From: Methanocaldococcus jannaschii DSM 2661
GTDB taxonomy: Archaea; AGJL01; Methanococci; Methanococcales; Methanocaldococcaceae
Direction of reading: 5' to 3'
NCBI RefSeq assembly: GCF_000091665.1
Contig: NC_000909.1
Location: forward strand, 730,712 to 762,711
DNA: 32,000 bases
The notes under the pieces were generated by a model. The model saw nothing but the letters and a program-made list of their open reading frames with translations. It was not told where the DNA came from and made no database searches. Below, piece by piece: positions 1-10,409 of the stretch. The position numbers and the translations under genes are program-made. Numbering within the stretch: the first letter of the stretch is position 1; every line of letters starts with the position of its first letter.

Positions 1-93
1 ATGAAATCGAAGCGTAAGCTTCAAGCTACAAAACCGTAGTTTTTCAACTTTCTTAAAGTTTCTTACAGAGATATTTGCCGTTAGAGGGAAATT

Positions 94-1095
94 ATGAGAG
101 AAGCAATGTTCTATGAAAAATTAGATGACAATAAGGTTAGATGCCATATCTGTCCAAGACACTGTATTATAAAAGAAGGGGAGAGGGGTTTTTGTTGGAA
201 TAGAGAAAATATCAATGGAGTTTTATATGCTGTTGGTTATGGGAAAGTTTGTTCTTTAGCAATTGACCCAATAGAAAAAAAGCCATTATTCCACTTCTAT
301 CCAACAACTCAAGTAGTTTCTTTAGCAATTGGAGGATGTAACTTTAGATGTTTGCACTGCCAAAATTGGACAATTTCTCAATTTCCGCCAGATGAAATTC
401 CTTATAGAGAGATGACACCAGAAGAGATTGTTGAAGTTGCTATAAGATACAACTGCCCCGGAATATCTTACACCTATACAGAACCAACAGTATATTATGA
501 GTTCATGTATGACACTTCAGTTATAGCAAGGGAAAATGGAATGTTCAATGTAATGATAACCAACGGCTATATTGAGAAAGAGCCATTAAAAGCCCTTCCA
601 GTGGATGCAATGAATATAGATATTAAAGGGAATGCTGATTTTTATAAGAAAGTGTGTAAAGCTACGTTAGAGCCTGTCTTAGAAACCTGCAAATTAGCAA
701 AAAAATTAGGAATTTGGGTAGAGGTAACGAATTTAATTGTTCCTAACTACAATGACAACATAGATGATTTATTATTTATAATACACTTTGTAAGGGATGA
801 GTTAGGGAGAGAAACCCCTCTACACTTCTCAAGGTTTCATCCAGATTATAAACTAACTGATGTTCCTCCAACGCCTATAGAAACCTTAGAGATGGCAAGG
901 AATTTGGCTATAGAAGAGGGGCTTAAGTATGTTTATATTGGAAATGTTCCAGGGCATGAGGGAGAAAACACTTATTGCCCAAACTGTGGAGCTTTGTTGA
1001 TAGAAAGATATATATTCAACGCCAAAATAATTAATTTAGATGTAGAAACTAAAAGATGTAAGATTTGTGGAGAGAAGATTGATATAGTTTTATAA
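94..1095 (+). CDS. Radical SAM enzyme, AmmeMemoRadiSam-system / PflA-like activase family
   Basis: 333-aa ORF with the CxxxCxxC motif CNFRCLHCQNW. It also has an N-terminal Cys cluster (CHICPRHC..FC) and a C-terminal zinc-ribbon-like CPNCG...CKICG. An SD-like AGAGGG lies just upstream of the ATG. AMMECR1 lies 1.8 kb downstream on the same strand. Confidence 0.85.
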   Translation: MREAMFYEKLDDNKVRCHICPRHCIIKEGERGFCWNRENINGVLYAVGYGKVCSLAIDPIEKKPLFHFYPTTQVVSLAIGGCNFRCLHCQNWTISQFPPDEIPYREMTPEEIVEVAIRYNCPGISYTYTEPTVYYEFMYDTSVIARENGMFNVMITNGYIEKEPLKALPVDAMNIDIKGNADFYKKVCKATLEPVLETCKLAKKLGIWVEVTNLIVPNYNDNIDDLLFIIHFVRDELGRETPLHFSRFHPDYKLTDVPPTPIETLEMARNLAIEEGLKYVYIGNVPGHEGENTYCPNCGALLIERYIFNAKIINLDVETKRCKICGEKIDIVL

Positions 1096-1226
1096 TGTAA
1101 TATTTTTTATGATTTTGAGGATTATGAAGGTAGTTAGAGATTCAAAAAATGAGTTGAAAAAGAAAGAAGCTAAATAACTTTGGATAGGTTTTTAGACAAA
1201 GATAAATGAGAATATTTACTATTATA

Positions 1227-1643
1227 TTAAATTTTGAGATCTTTTTCTATCATTCGTATTTCTTGCTTAATTTTTATTATTTGATCCTCCATCATTACTA
1301 ATTGTTTCATTAGCTGTATATTTTTTTCTATTTCTCTCATAAAACTTTCTGCAAAGATCCTGCCAATGCCACTATGTGAATCAAGATATTCGCACATGTC
1401 TTCAAATGTTTTACTATAGATCATATTACTTCTGTTAGATTCTACTCTTAGTATATCAAATTCTATTGAATATATTTGTCGTTTTATTTTTTGAATCGTC
1501 TGATTTTGTTGATCTGATAAATTATTCTGCTCTATAATTTGTATTTGTTTCTTAATTTGTGTTATTTGTTGATTTAGTTCTTGTATCTTTTGCGTCATTT
1601 TCTCTCGAATTTTATCATAATCATTCTTAATCTCCTTAAGCAT
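1227..1643 (-). CDS. Hypothetical Gln-rich coiled-coil protein (orphan, atypical composition)
   Basis: 138-codon stop-free ORF in roughly 22-25% GC DNA. GGTGATAAG sits immediately 5' of the ATG. Heptad-like I/L/Q/K repeats occur at both ends. 17 Gln in 138 aa, which is atypical for this window. No family recognised. Confidence 0.55.
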   Translation of the reverse strand: MLKEIKNDYDKIREKMTQKIQELNQQITQIKKQIQIIEQNNLSDQQNQTIQKIKRQIYSIEFDILRVESNRSNMIYSKTFEDMCEYLDSHSGIGRIFAESFMREIEKNIQLMKQLVMMEDQIIKIKQEIRMIEKDLKI

Positions 1644-1847
1644 CTTATCACCACATAGGGAATTAATTATCCATATTCACTTTTCCCTAGATTTAATAAC
1701 TAAGTAGTGCAATAACTTTAACTTAATCAAGGACTTGTCCGCTTTTATTACATGGTTTATATACTCAACAAAAAAGTACTGTTCTAAAAGCGAAACATCA
1801 TAAGATATGCATTGATGGCATGTTATCTTAAATTATATTCTTCTTTT

Positions 1848-2105
1848 TTATTTAATTACGATATTTGCTGACTCGGGTATCCAATATTTATGTTGAATCC
1901 ATGACGGATTGACATATCTATCAGAAGTAAGTGTGAATGGTGTATTAGCATTCTGCACTTTTTGAATATTTGTCATATTATTGCTACTCCCCCAAATAGC
2001 AATTTTTCCTTTATCAGTTTCACATTCGATATATGCACCTTTTGAAACATATTTTATTGGGCTTATTTTTTTGACTACAAAGGTTATAGATTGCATTACA
2101 ACCAT
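1848..2105 (-). CDS. Hypothetical small protein (85 aa; N/S/T/W-rich, orphan)
   Basis: ORF with GAGGGGAATT immediately 5' of the ATG; an alternative start is Met4. Composition is unlike the K/E/I-rich neighbours. No family recognised. Confidence 0.4.
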   Translation of the reverse strand: MVVMQSITFVVKKISPIKYVSKGAYIECETDKGKIAIWGSSNNMTNIQKVQNANTPFTLTSDRYVNPSWIQHKYWIPESANIVIK

Positions 2106-2324
2106 AATTCCCCTCTCTTTTTGATTTTAGTAGGTATCAAACATCAATTTTTGAACAATTATGCTTATAAAAATCAATAAAAATTCTATATCAAATTATA
2201 TAAATATATTACTAAATTGTTTTTTTTTTGCCACACTTTTCCACAATTAAAGAATTTTAAAGGTGTAAATCAACCAAAAACTATAACTATAATCAACACA
2301 AAATAACTTATTATGGTGATAATT

Positions 2325-2816
2325 ATGCCAACAACTTATGAGTTAAAAATTTACGGAAAAGTTCAACACGTAGGATTTAGAGATAGAATTGAAAATATTG
2401 GAAAAGGTTTAGGCATTAATGGGATTATTTATAACTATAAGGATGGGACTGTTAGAATCTTAGCAAACTTTGATGATGAGGAAGATAAAGAATTATTTAA
2501 AAAATACATTGAGAGGTTAGAAAAGAAAGATAAATTAATTGAAATTGAAAAAATAGAAGAAAAAAGATTAAATACTTACATTGAGTTTCCAGAAGGTATT
2601 AGTAGATTGTCCTCTGATGATATATTGGAATTAAACAAAAAATTAGATGAAGGAGTTAAATACATAAAGCTAATATTTGCTGAATTAGAAGAGCATAAAA
2701 AAGTGTTATTGGAAATTAAGGATATGCATGTAAAAACAGTTGAAATATTAAGTGAGCATACAAGAATACTAAATGAAATTAAAGACACTCTAAAGGATAT
2801 AAAAGATAAACTTTAA
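2325..2816 (+). CDS. Acylphosphatase-like domain protein with C-terminal coiled-coil extension
   Basis: N-terminal [14 protein letters not shown] and [13 protein letters not shown] match the two acylphosphatase signature segments. I place the start at ATG 2325 because the track start at 2313 is the AT of ATGGTGAT, i.e. it lies inside the SD GGTGAT (2315-2320). Confidence 0.75.
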
Positions 2817-2835
2817 AAATATTCTTTAAAAATAT

Positions 2836-2897
2836 TAACGCGATGATGAGTGCCGACTTCACTGAACTGTGATGAAACCTGGGACAGCTGAGCGTTA
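2836..2897 (+). ncRNA. Archaeal C/D-box sRNA (2'-O-methylation guide)
   Basis: C box ATGATGA 2843-2849. 12-nt guide GTGCCGACTTCA 2850-2861. D' box CTGA 2862-2865. 3-nt loop. C' box GTGATGA 2869-2875. 12-nt guide AACCTGGGACAG 2876-2887. D box CTGA 2888-2891. Terminal stem TAACGC (2836-2841) pairs with GCGTTA (2892-2897). The spacing is canonical for archaeal sRNAs. Confidence 0.88.
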
Positions 2898-2940
2898 CTA
2901 TTTCTTTAGTTATTTTTATCAATTTTTATTGGTGGGAATT

Positions 2941-3546
2941 ATGAGACTATTAACCTTAGAAGAAGGAACTTTTGCTGTAAGATATGCAAGAGCAGTTATA
3001 GAAAATTATTTGGCTGGTAAAAAAATAGTTATAGAGAGTTATCCAGAGGTATTTAATGAAAAAAGGGGATGTTTTTGCACATTACATACTTATCCAGATA
3101 AAGAACTTAGAGGTTGTATAGGGATTCCAGAACCAATAATGCCATTAATTGAGGCTTTAGAGGAGGCAGCAATAAGTGCGGCAACAAAAGACCCAAGGTT
3201 TCCTCCAGTAACATTGGAAGAGATGGATAGCATCGTGGTTGAGGTAAGTATATTAACTCCTCCAGAACTTATTAAAGTTAATCATCCAAAAGAGTATTTG
3301 GAAAAAATAAAAATTGGTAGAGATGGCTTAATTATTGAATATGGCTTTTATAGAGGGCTTTTATTGCCACAAGTGCCAGTAGAGTATGGATGGGATGTTG
3401 AAGAGTATTTAGCTCATCTCTGCTTAAAAGCTGGACTACCACCAGATATGTGGCTGGCTGAGGGAGTTAAGATTTATAGGTTTGAAGCTCAAATATTTGA
3501 AGAGGTTGAGCCAAGAGGAGAAGTTATTGAGAAAAAATTGCTTTAG
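2941..3546 (+). CDS. AMMECR1 domain protein (AmmeMemoRadiSam system protein A)
   Basis: RGCFCTLH...LRGCIGIPEP is the AMMECR1 hallmark (C-x-G motif), followed by LLPQVP. I place the start at ATG 2941 (MRLLTLEEG), preceded by GGTGGGAATT. The track's 2869 GTG start lies inside the C/D sRNA. Confidence 0.9.
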   Translation: MRLLTLEEGTFAVRYARAVIENYLAGKKIVIESYPEVFNEKRGCFCTLHTYPDKELRGCIGIPEPIMPLIEALEEAAISAATKDPRFPPVTLEEMDSIVVEVSILTPPELIKVNHPKEYLEKIKIGRDGLIIEYGFYRGLLLPQVPVEYGWDVEEYLAHLCLKAGLPPDMWLAEGVKIYRFEAQIFEEVEPRGEVIEKKLL

Positions 3547-3643
3547 AATAGGATTTATTACAGTTTATATATTGAATAGGGTATTTAGATTCCCTTTTGG
3601 GCATCAACTTTCCCTTAAACATTTTATTATTGTGATTTAAGAT

Positions 3644-4963
3644 TTAAGATATAGATTTATAAATCTTCCTTGCCTCTTCATCTGCCAAATCATAAACCTT
3701 TATTACCTCATCAGAAATAGCCTTTAAAGTTTCAGTTGGGAATGTTTCAACAAACACAGAGATTAATTTAGCATTATACTCATTTTTAAACTTATCAAAC
3801 TCTTTTAAAAATACATCATTCACTTCAGCATAACCGTCAGTTATAAGCAAGATGTCAGCATTTTTAAATGTCTCATGCTCTTTTATTATACTCATAGCCC
3901 TATTCAACGGCATTATAAAGTTTGTTCCTCCACCAAAATATAATGATGCTATTTCAATTATTTCATCAAATGTTATAGTTTTTGGATTTATCTTCTTCTC
4001 AAATCTAACTCCATCATCAAAGGCAATGTAGTAGATATCTCTATTTTCCCTCTTGGCAATCTCTATTATGGATAAAGCAACGGCCTTCCCCCAAATCTCC
4101 CTATCTCCATACATTGAACCACTGTGGTCTAATAAAATAATTATAGGTCCTTTCTGCTTCTCCAACTTATTCTGAATATCATAGATTAAGAGCTTTTTAT
4201 CAACGAATCTTCTTAAAAAGTCATAATATAGAATCTCATCTGAAAGATTGACGATTTCTTTTGGAAGTAGATGCTTTAAATCCCTCCCAATTTTTGTTGA
4301 ATAAATTTCTCCAGAGTAGTGCTTAATCTTTGATTTATATTCATTTATAGCCAACAATCTCAACTTACCAAGTTTTTTAACAATCTCTCTAATCTTTTTG
4401 TTTTGCAAGATTTTATCTGCCAACTTTATCCTATCCTCTGGCGATAGTAGCTTTTTATCTCCCTCCCCTTTCCCAAAGTTTTCAACGGCATTGAATCCTT
4501 GTATAACTTCAGAAACCTCCTCTGCTATATCTTTCATAGTATTTTTGGCTATTTCTTTTAATTTATCCTCTAACCCCTCTCCTTTTCCTTCAGATGCAAA
4601 TTTCTTTAACTCTTTATTTAGTTTTGCAAGTTTTAAGTTTTCAAAGAATTTCTCACAGAACATTATTGTGGCAGTTCCAGCATTTACCTCATCCAGTTCA
4701 GTTAATAGCTTACTCTTCTCATACTCAATATTTTTTATAGCTCCCTCTAATATAGCCTTGTTTATCTTAAATTTTTCTTCAACATACTCATTGAATTCAA
4801 CAACATATTTAAAGAATGCATAAAATGTGTCTTCAGCCAATTTTTCATGAATTGGATGATATTGAGAATAATAACTAATGAGTTTTTGCAAATATTTGCT
4901 GTTCTTTAAAAATCTCTCATAAGCCTTTTTATCATAAGCATCGTGCTTTATAATGTTTTTCAT
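3644..4963 (-). CDS. ViaA-like von Willebrand factor A (VWA) domain protein
   Basis: C-terminal VWA domain with the MIDAS motif ILLDHSGSM, plus GGGTNF and LLITDG. The N-terminal helical region is long. The start is 3 nt after the stop of the RavA-like ATPase. Confidence 0.8.
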   Translation of the reverse strand: MKNIIKHDAYDKKAYERFLKNSKYLQKLISYYSQYHPIHEKLAEDTFYAFFKYVVEFNEYVEEKFKINKAILEGAIKNIEYEKSKLLTELDEVNAGTATIMFCEKFFENLKLAKLNKELKKFASEGKGEGLEDKLKEIAKNTMKDIAEEVSEVIQGFNAVENFGKGEGDKKLLSPEDRIKLADKILQNKKIREIVKKLGKLRLLAINEYKSKIKHYSGEIYSTKIGRDLKHLLPKEIVNLSDEILYYDFLRRFVDKKLLIYDIQNKLEKQKGPIIILLDHSGSMYGDREIWGKAVALSIIEIAKRENRDIYYIAFDDGVRFEKKINPKTITFDEIIEIASLYFGGGTNFIMPLNRAMSIIKEHETFKNADILLITDGYAEVNDVFLKEFDKFKNEYNAKLISVFVETFPTETLKAISDEVIKVYDLADEEARKIYKSIS

Positions 4964-4966
4964 AAC

Positions 4967-6088
4967 TTATCCCTTCAATAACCCTTCAACATACTTTTTA
5001 AAGCCCTCTACCTCTTTTAAAACATCTTCAACAAGTTCATAAGGTTTGTTAGCCTCAATTGCTTTATTTTTAACATCTTTTAAAGTTATGGACATGCTAT
5101 TCAACTTCCCTAAAATCTCAAGGCATTTTCTATATTCTATTCCTCCCAATTTAATTCTATCTTTGTTGATTTTCTTTATCTCATTCATTAAGCTGTCTAA
5201 AATTTCCCTCTGTTCTAATGCAAATCCAGCAAAGTGATTTGATATTTTAAAAATTTCTACTGAAACCTTATAGAACTCATCTGGCTCATTCCAATAGATA
5301 TGCCTCAAAATGTCTAAATCATTTTCATCAGCTTTTTCTTTGCCGTTTAGATAGGCAAAGCACTTAACTGCTTTAACTGACTTCTTAAATCTCCTGTCAG
5401 AGATTCTTATTCCCTCACTTTCAAGAGACAATTTTATTTTAATTAAATCATCTTTTATATTTGAAATATCAACCTTTAACGCTTCATTCTGCATTTTTTT
5501 AACATCTTCAACATCAATTATAGTTTTTGGCTTATATTCTTCCTCTAAATCAATCAACTTTGAGAGATTTTCATAGCTTCTTATTCCCCTAACCACTTTT
5601 CTAAACAAAAATCTATCATAAAATGCTAATAACTCATTCTCTTCTGGTAGTTCGTTTGAAGCACCGAATAAACTTATCAAAGGAACTTTCTCAATCCTAT
5701 CTCCATTGTGATAAATCCTCTCATTGATTATTGATAATAAAGCGTTTAATATTGAACTGTTAGCCTTAAAAACTTCATCTAAGAATGCTATTTCTGCAGT
5801 TGGTAGATAACCAGATGTTTTTCTAACGAATCTGTCATTATCCTTTAACTCTTTAATGCTTAAAGGGCCGAATAACTCATCTTCGGTTGTGAATCTTGTT
5901 ATAAGTTTTTCAAAGTAGTTGGCGTTTATATGGGAAGCTATAGCCCTAATTAATTGTGATTTAGCTACTCCTGGATTTCCTAAAAATACAGTATGTTCAT
6001 TAGCCAAGATTGAAGTTAAAGCAATATCAATCTCCTCCCTCCTTTCTAAAAAATATGAGTTTAACTCCTCTCTGATTTTTTCAAGCAT
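4967..6088 (-). CDS. MoxR-family AAA+ ATPase, RavA-like
   Basis: Walker A GNPGVAKS and Walker B AFLDEVFKA. The stretch TRFTTEDELFGPLSI..LKD..RFVRKTSGYLPTAEIAFLDE...ILNALLSIINER...ASNELPE...YDRF is colinear with E. coli RavA as I remember it. Confidence 0.85.
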   Translation of the reverse strand: MLEKIREELNSYFLERREEIDIALTSILANEHTVFLGNPGVAKSQLIRAIASHINANYFEKLITRFTTEDELFGPLSIKELKDNDRFVRKTSGYLPTAEIAFLDEVFKANSSILNALLSIINERIYHNGDRIEKVPLISLFGASNELPEENELLAFYDRFLFRKVVRGIRSYENLSKLIDLEEEYKPKTIIDVEDVKKMQNEALKVDISNIKDDLIKIKLSLESEGIRISDRRFKKSVKAVKCFAYLNGKEKADENDLDILRHIYWNEPDEFYKVSVEIFKISNHFAGFALEQREILDSLMNEIKKINKDRIKLGGIEYRKCLEILGKLNSMSITLKDVKNKAIEANKPYELVEDVLKEVEGFKKYVEGLLKG

Positions 6089-6098
6089 AATTTTTCAC

Positions 6099-6848
6099 CT
6101 AAATTTTATATTTATCTAAATAGCCTCTTGGTGTAATCATCTTGCCATTGATAATCTTTGTTGAAGAATTACCAATGATTAATATTGTATTCATGTCTAT
6201 AAACTCCAAGTATTTTTCTAAGTTTTTATAAAGATCTTTGAAGTTTGTAATTACAACTTCTTCTTTATTTCTACCAGCATTTTTAACTATCCCAATTATA
6301 TAATCTTTATCCTTTGCAAACTCAGCCAATATTTCCATAGCTTTTAAGAATGGTTCTTTCCTCCTTTTACTTAGTGGATTGTATATGCATATAACAAAAT
6401 CTCCCTCTAACGCACATCTAAACCTCTTTAATATTGTCTCTAAAGGGGTTAATAAATCACTAAAGCTTATAACAACAAAATCATGATTTAACGGACTTCC
6501 TAAGATTGCTGAAGCTAATGAACATGCGGTTATCCCTGGAACAACCTTTATATCTACGTTATAACCTTTAACTGCGTTTATCTCATAAGCTAACGAAGCT
6601 AAGCCATAAATTGTTGCATCACCACTTGAAACTAATGCAACATCTTTATCTTTAGCCTCTTTTAAGGCATAATCAACTCTATCAATTTCCCTTGTCATTC
6701 CAGTTGTATATATTGGCTTGTTAAGCCTCTCAACAAACTTTTTGTAATTTTTATAACACACTATTAAATCCACTTTATTTAAAATCTCCTCAGCCTCTTT
6801 TGTAAAATGCCTCTCATTACCGCTTCCTATACCTACAACATACAGCAT
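6099..6848 (-). CDS. cbiH: Cobalt-precorrin-3 / cobalt-factor III C17-methyltransferase (CbiH/CobJ family)
   Basis: Tetrapyrrole methylase fold: VVGIGSG at the N-terminus, VSSGDATIYGLAS, and DFVVISFSDLLTP...ICIYNPLSKRR, which is typical of CbiH. Confidence 0.85.
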   Translation of the reverse strand: MLYVVGIGSGNERHFTKEAEEILNKVDLIVCYKNYKKFVERLNKPIYTTGMTREIDRVDYALKEAKDKDVALVSSGDATIYGLASLAYEINAVKGYNVDIKVVPGITACSLASAILGSPLNHDFVVISFSDLLTPLETILKRFRCALEGDFVICIYNPLSKRRKEPFLKAMEILAEFAKDKDYIIGIVKNAGRNKEEVVITNFKDLYKNLEKYLEFIDMNTILIIGNSSTKIINGKMITPRGYLDKYKI

Positions 6849-6852
6849 ACTA

Positions 6853-8872
<2,020 letters not shown>

Positions 8873-8936
8873 AATTTTTGTTATTAAGATAGATTGGAGT
8901 AACAGCAATTATTAATTTTAAGTATAGGCAAATATT

Positions 8937-9830
8937 TTATTTTATCATTGATAAAATTTCTTCAGATGCATCTGTTGGTTCTTTAAAGCCTTTATAAACC
9001 TCTTTAACTACCTTTTTTATAAACTTCTCTTTATTTTTATCAATTTTACAACTTTGAATGCATAGAGGACAGTAATTTAAATAATTCTCATCCTTTTTAA
9101 TTTTTATTGGAAAGAGTTCAAAAAAGTTTATAATCGTTCCTTTATTATATTTAAAAACTGCAGTATCTAAACAGCTTGTAAATACGTAGCCCTCTAAATC
9201 TTCTATAATCTTATCTTTTAAAAATCCGTAGGGAAAGGAATCAATAAGATTTTTTATCTTATCCTTTGTAATGTCTAATTTTAAAAATTTATGGCCTATA
9301 TCTTTATTATTTAAAAAATTAGCAATCTTCTTCTTGGTTTTATTTGGGATTAATGCTGGGAAATCATAAGTTATTGCTTTAACATTAAAAATATTTGATA
9401 AAATATCTAAGGCATATAAATCATATTGGCAGTGAATTAAGCATATAATATTCTTTTTCTCTTTAGGAATCTTTCTGTATAAAAAATAGTTACAGATGTC
9501 TTGGATAACTTCATCATCAAATAAAGATTTAATTGCCTTTACAATTTCTTCAAATAAAACTTTGTCAGTATAATCCTCAACCCTTATAATCTCAAATCTA
9601 TTTTTCATCTCCTCCCTTAATTTTCCAACTACCCAGCCGCCAGGTCCAATAATTGTTGATTTGTCAGTTCTGTTTTTTGTGTAAATAATTAAAACTTTCC
9701 CTTCTATCTCAATATCTACAATATCAAACTCTACCTTCTTCAGTCCTAAATCTTCTCTAATCTTTAAAACTCTTTTTTTAATATCATTAATTATCTGTTC
9801 TTTTAACTGCAATAATTGTTTGTCCTGCAT
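8937..9830 (-). CDS. Hypothetical protein with N-terminal KH-like GxxG motif
   Basis: [12 protein letters not shown] is a KH-type GxxG loop. There are C-terminal Cys pairs (CPLCIQSC). A good SD (GGAGAGAGGGTG) is present. The ORF overlaps the psd 3' end by 44 nt. Confidence 0.6.
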
Positions 9831-10407
9831 ACACCCTCTCTCCTACTTTAACTGTTATATTGTAGTTGGCTGGGATTATTACTGCTGTTTGAGAACCAAG
9901 TTTTATCATTCCTATTTTTTGCCCCATATTAATACATTCTCCCTCTTTTATGCTTAACCAGCATCTCCTTGCAACAAATCCGGCTATTTGAACCACTCCA
10001 ACATATTCAGAACCATTTTTTATAATCACTATATTTCTCTCATTTATCTTCTCCACACCTTCTAAGAATGCAGGGTAAAAACTACCATCAATATGTTTTA
10101 TATATACTATCCTCCCACCTATCGGAGCTCTATTAACATGCACATCCAACGGAGACATGAAGATACCAACAACATAGCATCCGTTTGGGAAGTATCTTGA
10201 AACATTTAAAACATAACAATTCCCATCTTTAAAAACCTCTGGATTTCCATTTTCGTAGAATTTTATATATTCAACAGTCCCATCAGCTGGAGATAAAATT
10301 ATGTTATTTCCTTTTGTTATTACTCTATCTGGGTCTCTATAAAAATAAACAGTAAATAACAGTAGAGAACAAACAGCTATGGCGAAGAATTTTTTATATT
10401 TTCCCAT
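9787..10407 (-). CDS. psd: Phosphatidylserine (archaetidylserine) decarboxylase proenzyme, archaeal type
   Basis: N-terminal TM segment. The self-cleavage-type motif KLGSQTAVI is near the C-terminus and HVNRAPIGG upstream of it. SD GGTGGT is present. The start is 2 nt after the upstream stop. Confidence 0.85.
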
Positions 10408-10409
10408 AA

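Noticed and set aside
1-60. Frame-1 reading MKSKRKLQATKP* (1-39) as the tail of an upstream gene, with hairpins GAAGC-GTAA-GCTTC (9-22) and AACTTT-CTT-AAAGTT (46-60)
   Set aside because: This is too short and is truncated by the window edge, so it cannot be called either a CDS end or an RNA. The hairpins are short and the context is unknown.
94-1095. Possibility that this radical SAM enzyme is the NrdG activase for the nrdD in the window
   Set aside because: It is 20 kb away from nrdD. It is much larger than NrdG-type activases, has extra N- and C-terminal Cys clusters, and pairs with AMMECR1, which fits the AmmeMemoRadiSam subfamily better.
1109-1177. 22-codon ORF MILRIMKVVRDSKNELKKKEAK after the radical SAM gene
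   Set aside because: There is no SD and it is very short. It is indistinguishable from chance without conservation data.
2869-2940. 5' extension of the AMMECR1 ORF (MMKPGTAERYYFFSYFYQFLLVGI...)
   Set aside because: The GTG at 2869 is the C' box of the C/D sRNA, and the extension has no AMMECR1 homology. ATG 2941 has its own SD.
4398-4823. 141-aa + strand ORF, and similar ORFs at 2576-2788, 5046-5237, 5919-6119, 7055-7330, 7349-7735, 7854-8090 and 10379-10630
   Set aside because: These are antisense shadows inside well-supported minus- or plus-strand genes. Their S/F/L/I-rich low-complexity products are what the reverse complement of K/E/N-rich coding sequence yields.
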